Origin: Synechococcus sp. A15-28
GTDB taxonomy: Bacteria > Cyanobacteriota > Cyanobacteriia > PCC-6307 > Cyanobiaceae
Length of the DNA: 32,000 nt
Direction of reading: 5' to 3'
NCBI RefSeq assembly: GCF_014280175.1
Contig: NZ_CP047931.1
Span: forward strand, 1,170,001-1,202,000
The notes beneath the pieces were generated by a model. It did no database searches. It had not been told where the DNA came from and saw only the letters and a list, made by a program, of their open reading frames with translations. This document shows positions 28,906 to 32,000 of the stretch, piece by piece (position 1 is the stretch's first letter; each line of letters begins with the position of its first letter). Made by a program: the position numbers and the translations under genes.

Positions 28906-31389
28906 TTGTTCGTGATCCAGCATCACGGAATACCAACTGAACTTGTGCGCGCGCTTGATCCGATCCGTGAGTGGTTTGACCACCAGGGCTGGACTCCTCT
29001 CCCCTTTCAACAGGCCACGTGGGAGGCCTACCTCGAGGGCCACAGTGGCCTGATCCAAGTGCCCACGGGATCCGGCAAGACCTTTGCGGCGGTGATGGGG
29101 CCGATCGCCCGAATGCTGAATGAAGACCCAGCTCCCCAGGGCATTCGCCTCTTGTATCTCACTCCCCTGCGAGCCCTCAGTCGCGACCTGGCACTGGCCA
29201 TGCGCGAGCCGATCAAGCAGATGAAGTGGCCACTACGGGTTGGCATCCGCAACGGCGACAGCAGCAGCAGCGAACGCGCGAAACAACTGAAAACGCCGCC
29301 ACAGATCCTGGTGACGACACCGGAGTCCCTCACACTGCTGCTGAGCAACCCCAAAGCGGAGGAGCTGTTCAGCGGACTGCAGACGGTGGTGCTGGATGAA
29401 TGGCACGAATTGATGGGAAGCAAACGCGGTAGCCAGACGGAGCTTTGTCTGAGCTGGTTGCGTCAGCTGTGCCCCAGGCTCCAGACCTGGGCCATCAGCG
29501 CCACCATCGGCAACTTGGAACAGGCGGCACGCCATGCCCTCGGCGCAAACGGCGACCCGTTGATCGTGGGTGGTGCCCCGACCCGCAGCACCGACATCCA
29601 CAGCATCCTCCCGGAATCCATCGATGGTTTTCCCTGGGCCGGACATCTGGGGTTACGGATGTACGAGGAGTTGGTGGCGCGGCTCAATCCGGGGGTCAGC
29701 ACGTTGCTGTTCACCAACACACGTAATCAGTCGGAACGCTGGCACCAGTGCCTGCGCTTTGCCTGCCCGGAAATGGAAGACGCCCTGGCCCTGCATCACA
29801 GCGCCATTGACCGCAGTGAACGGGAGGCGATCGAAGCTGCCGTCAAAGCCGGCGATATCCGTTGGGTGGTGTGCACCAGCTCCCTGGATCTTGGAGTGGA
29901 TTTCCAACCGGTGGAACAGGTGGTGCAGATCGGCAGCCCCAAGAACCTGGCGCGACTGCTGCAACGCGCAGGGCGTTCAGCCCACTTGCCCGGCGGCACC
30001 TCTCAGGTGCTGTTCATGCCCACGAATGCCCTGGAACTGCTGGAACTGAGTGCCGTGCGGCGGGGCCTTGAGGACGGACTGGTGGAACAGCGCAAACCAC
30101 CGATTGCACCAATGGATGTGCTGCTGCAGCACCTCACGAGCCTGGCCTGCGGTCCTGGCTTTGACCCCGATCGCACCCTTGAGTCCATTCGAAGCTGCGC
30201 TGCCTACAGCGATCTATCGCAGCAGGACTGGGACTGGTGCCTGCTGTTCCTGGAACAGGGCGGCGAATGCCTGACGGCGTATCCCCGTTACCGGAAACTG
30301 GAATGGGATGGGGAAACAAGTCGCTACCGGATCCGAGACAAAGCGATTGCCCGGCTGCATCGGCTCAACATCGGCACGATCACGGCCGCACCGGCCATCA
30401 CGGTGCGCTTTGTGCGAGGGGCCGTGCTGGGCCATGTGGAAGAGACCTTCATCAGCCAGCTGAAGCCGAAGGATGTGTTCTTTTTCTCGGGTCGGCAGCT
30501 GGAATTCGTCCGCCTCCGAGACATGACGGCTTACGTGAAGGTGAGCACCCGCAAAACGCGTACCGTTCCCGCCTGGGCCGGCGGCCAGATGGCGCTGTCC
30601 GACCTGCTCACCCATCACCTGCGGCTGGAGGTGGACCGTGCCAGCCGCGGTGAGCTGGACACTCCTGAACTGAAGGCGCTTGAGCCACTGTTCGAACGCC
30701 AACAGGACCTGTCCGTGCTGCCGAAGATCGGCCAGCTGTTGATCGAAACCTGCACCACCCGCGAGGGCACCCACCTTTATGCCTACCCCTTTGAAGGACG
30801 CTTCGTGCATGAGGGGATCGGGTTTCTCTGGGCGTCCCGTCTCACCCGATTGGAGCGAGGAACGATCACGGTTTCCGTCAACGACTACGGATTCGAGCTG
30901 TTGGCTCCCAAGGGCTACCCCATGGCCGAACTGGTGGAGGATCACAGCGATCTGCTGCTGGACCGACAGAACCTCAAGCGAGATCTGCAAAACGCCTTGA
31001 ACCTCTCCGAACTGCAACGACGTCGCTTCCGCGCCATCGCCCAGATCGCCGGATTGATGAATCGCGGCTTTCCAGGGTCCAGCAAGAGCACGGGACAGCT
31101 GCAGATCAGCGCATCGCTGCTGTTTGACGTGTTCAGCCGGCATGAACCGGAGAATCGCCTGCTGCGTCAGGCCCAACGTGAAGTGCTCGAGGAACAACTC
31201 GAACTGCCGCGACTGGAGGCCGCCCTGGAGCGGGCCGCGGTCCAGGAGTGGCTGCACGTGTCAACACCCCGACCGGGTCCACTGGCGTTTCCCCTGCTGG
31301 TGGAACGACTCAACAACCGCATGAGCAATGAATCTGTCCTCGAGCGGGTTCAGCGCATGCGGGATGAAGCCCTGCGGCGGGAAGACTGA
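28906..31389 (+). CDS. Ligase-associated Lhr-like DEXH-box helicase
   Basis: IQVPTGSGKTFAAV (Walker A), VVLDEWHEL (DEWH), WAISATIGN, CTSSLDLGVDFQPVEQVVQIGSPKNLARLLQRAGRSAH. The Lhr-core C-terminal region is also present. Confidence 0.93.
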   Translation: MFVIQHHGIPTELVRALDPIREWFDHQGWTPLPFQQATWEAYLEGHSGLIQVPTGSGKTFAAVMGPIARMLNEDPAPQGIRLLYLTPLRALSRDLALAMREPIKQMKWPLRVGIRNGDSSSSERAKQLKTPPQILVTTPESLTLLLSNPKAEELFSGLQTVVLDEWHELMGSKRGSQTELCLSWLRQLCPRLQTWAISATIGNLEQAARHALGANGDPLIVGGAPTRSTDIHSILPESIDGFPWAGHLGLRMYEELVARLNPGVSTLLFTNTRNQSERWHQCLRFACPEMEDALALHHSAIDRSEREAIEAAVKAGDIRWVVCTSSLDLGVDFQPVEQVVQIGSPKNLARLLQRAGRSAHLPGGTSQVLFMPTNALELLELSAVRRGLEDGLVEQRKPPIAPMDVLLQHLTSLACGPGFDPDRTLESIRSCAAYSDLSQQDWDWCLLFLEQGGECLTAYPRYRKLEWDGETSRYRIRDKAIARLHRLNIGTITAAPAITVRFVRGAVLGHVEETFISQLKPKDVFFFSGRQLEFVRLRDMTAYVKVSTRKTRTVPAWAGGQMALSDLLTHHLRLEVDRASRGELDTPELKALEPLFERQQDLSVLPKIGQLLIETCTTREGTHLYAYPFEGRFVHEGIGFLWASRLTRLERGTITVSVNDYGFELLAPKGYPMAELVEDHSDLLLDRQNLKRDLQNALNLSELQRRRFRAIAQIAGLMNRGFPGSSKSTGQLQISASLLFDVFSRHEPENRLLRQAQREVLEEQLELPRLEAALERAAVQEWLHVSTPRPGPLAFPLLVERLNNRMSNESVLERVQRMRDEALRRED

Positions 31390-31463
31390 GCCGCAATGCG
31401 TTGTTGTTCGGGTTGACGAGCATCGGAAAGTCCCGTTTAACGAATGTTCCAGGCAAGTGCTCG

Positions 31464-31640
31464 ATGTCCGATTCAACCAGCTTCGATGTTGTCCCGACTG
31501 ACGATGGGGCTGGTTACTGGGTCACGATCTGCTCAGAGCAGCGCTGCTGCAGAGCCTTTGTCTCCTCGATGCACATGGCGGACGGTAAACGTCCACAACT
31601 GCTGAGTTGTCTGCACGACACCGGAATGGTCCATCGGTAA
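31464..31640 (+). CDS. Small hypothetical protein (58 aa)
   Basis: MSDSTSFDVVPTDDGAGYWVTICSEQRCCRAFVSSMHMADGKRPQLLSCLHDTGMVHR. Short ORF between the helicase and the cyclic nucleotide-binding domain gene. Support is by position only. Confidence 0.4.
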   Translation: MSDSTSFDVVPTDDGAGYWVTICSEQRCCRAFVSSMHMADGKRPQLLSCLHDTGMVHR

Positions 31641-31664
31641 TTGCCCGGTGCGATCAATCTGCAT

Positions 31665-31680
31665 ACTCTTGCGTAAGAGT
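31665..31680. promoter_or_regulatory. 16-nt inverted repeat just upstream of the cyclic nucleotide-binding domain gene
   Basis: ACTCTT-gcgt-AAGAGT, ending 10 nt before the ATG at 31691. Confidence 0.35.
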
Positions 31681-31690
31681 TGCTTGGGCC

Positions 31691-32000
31691 ATGAAAACGA
31701 TCCAACTGATCGAGTTTCTAAGCACCAGCAGTGATCTCAGCGATGTTCTGAGCGATGAGGAAGTCATTGCCTTCGCTCCGAATCTGGGCCTTGAAACAGT
31801 GTCTGCAGACACGGTTTTAAGGAAAGAAGGAGAGCCGGACTGCAGCCTGCTGATCGTGGTAAGCGGAGAAGTTCGACTCAGTCACGACGGCAATGAGATC
31901 ACCAAACTCCATCCCGGGCAAATTTTTGGTGAGGGAGTGTTTTCAGAAGATGGGACCAGCTTCGAGCAGGCAACCTGCACCGTTGACAGTGTTGTTGCAC
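31691..32000 (+). CDS. Cyclic nucleotide-binding domain protein, N-terminal part (truncated by the right edge)
   Basis: Translation gives MKTIQLIEFLSTSSDLSDVLSDEEVIAFAPNLGLETVSADTVLRKEGEPDCSLLIVVSGEVRLSHDGNEITKLHPGQIFGEGVFSED, a cNMP-binding beta-roll pattern. Confidence 0.78.
   Translation, partial: MKTIQLIEFLSTSSDLSDVLSDEEVIAFAPNLGLETVSADTVLRKEGEPDCSLLIVVSGEVRLSHDGNEITKLHPGQIFGEGVFSEDGTSFEQATCTVDSVVA

Noticed and set aside
1-32000. CRISPR arrays, tRNA/rRNA genes, transposases, prophage modules, toxin-antitoxin or defence islands
   Set aside because: I looked for regularly spaced repeats, conserved tRNA arms, transposase motifs and typical defence proteins. None were convincing. The only helicase-nuclease set is the ligase-associated repair type.

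Overview
This 32 kb window has the gene content and density of a marine picocyanobacterium (Synechococcus-like). Housekeeping and photosynthesis genes are packed tightly, mostly on alternating strands. From left to right: dxs (5' end only, minus), ilvA, scpB, a YggT-family gene, a secreted hypothetical, a MazG-like pyrophosphohydrolase, pyk, a MacB/FtsX-type permease, ftsH, a small conserved ORF, clpP, thf1/psb29, a hypothetical, petN, clpS, DUF2103-like, purK, a sugar-type ABC permease, aroB, a COG1565-type methyltransferase, a TPM/Psb32-like protein, a lambda-lysozyme-like muramidase, a glycosyltransferase-like protein, a metallophosphoesterase and nadA. The 22.2-31.4 kb segment is the most notable. 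It holds three components of the described 'DNA ligase-associated' repair set on the + strand (MBL-fold exonuclease, ATP-dependent DNA ligase, Lhr-like DEXH helicase). They are separated by unrelated genes: a GAF/Cys-cluster protein, a DUF218 protein and a GH13+CBM20 amylase. No ligase-associated phosphoesterase is recognisable in the window. Hand translation also found short genes missing from the supplied ORF track: petN (33 aa), a DUF2256-like zinc protein overlapping the clpP stop by 4 nt, and a possible 32-aa membrane peptide. The metallophosphoesterase appears to extend upstream to a non-canonical start. I found no CRISPR array, rRNA, convincing tRNA, transposase or prophage. I cannot claim a wholly new system from sequence alone.
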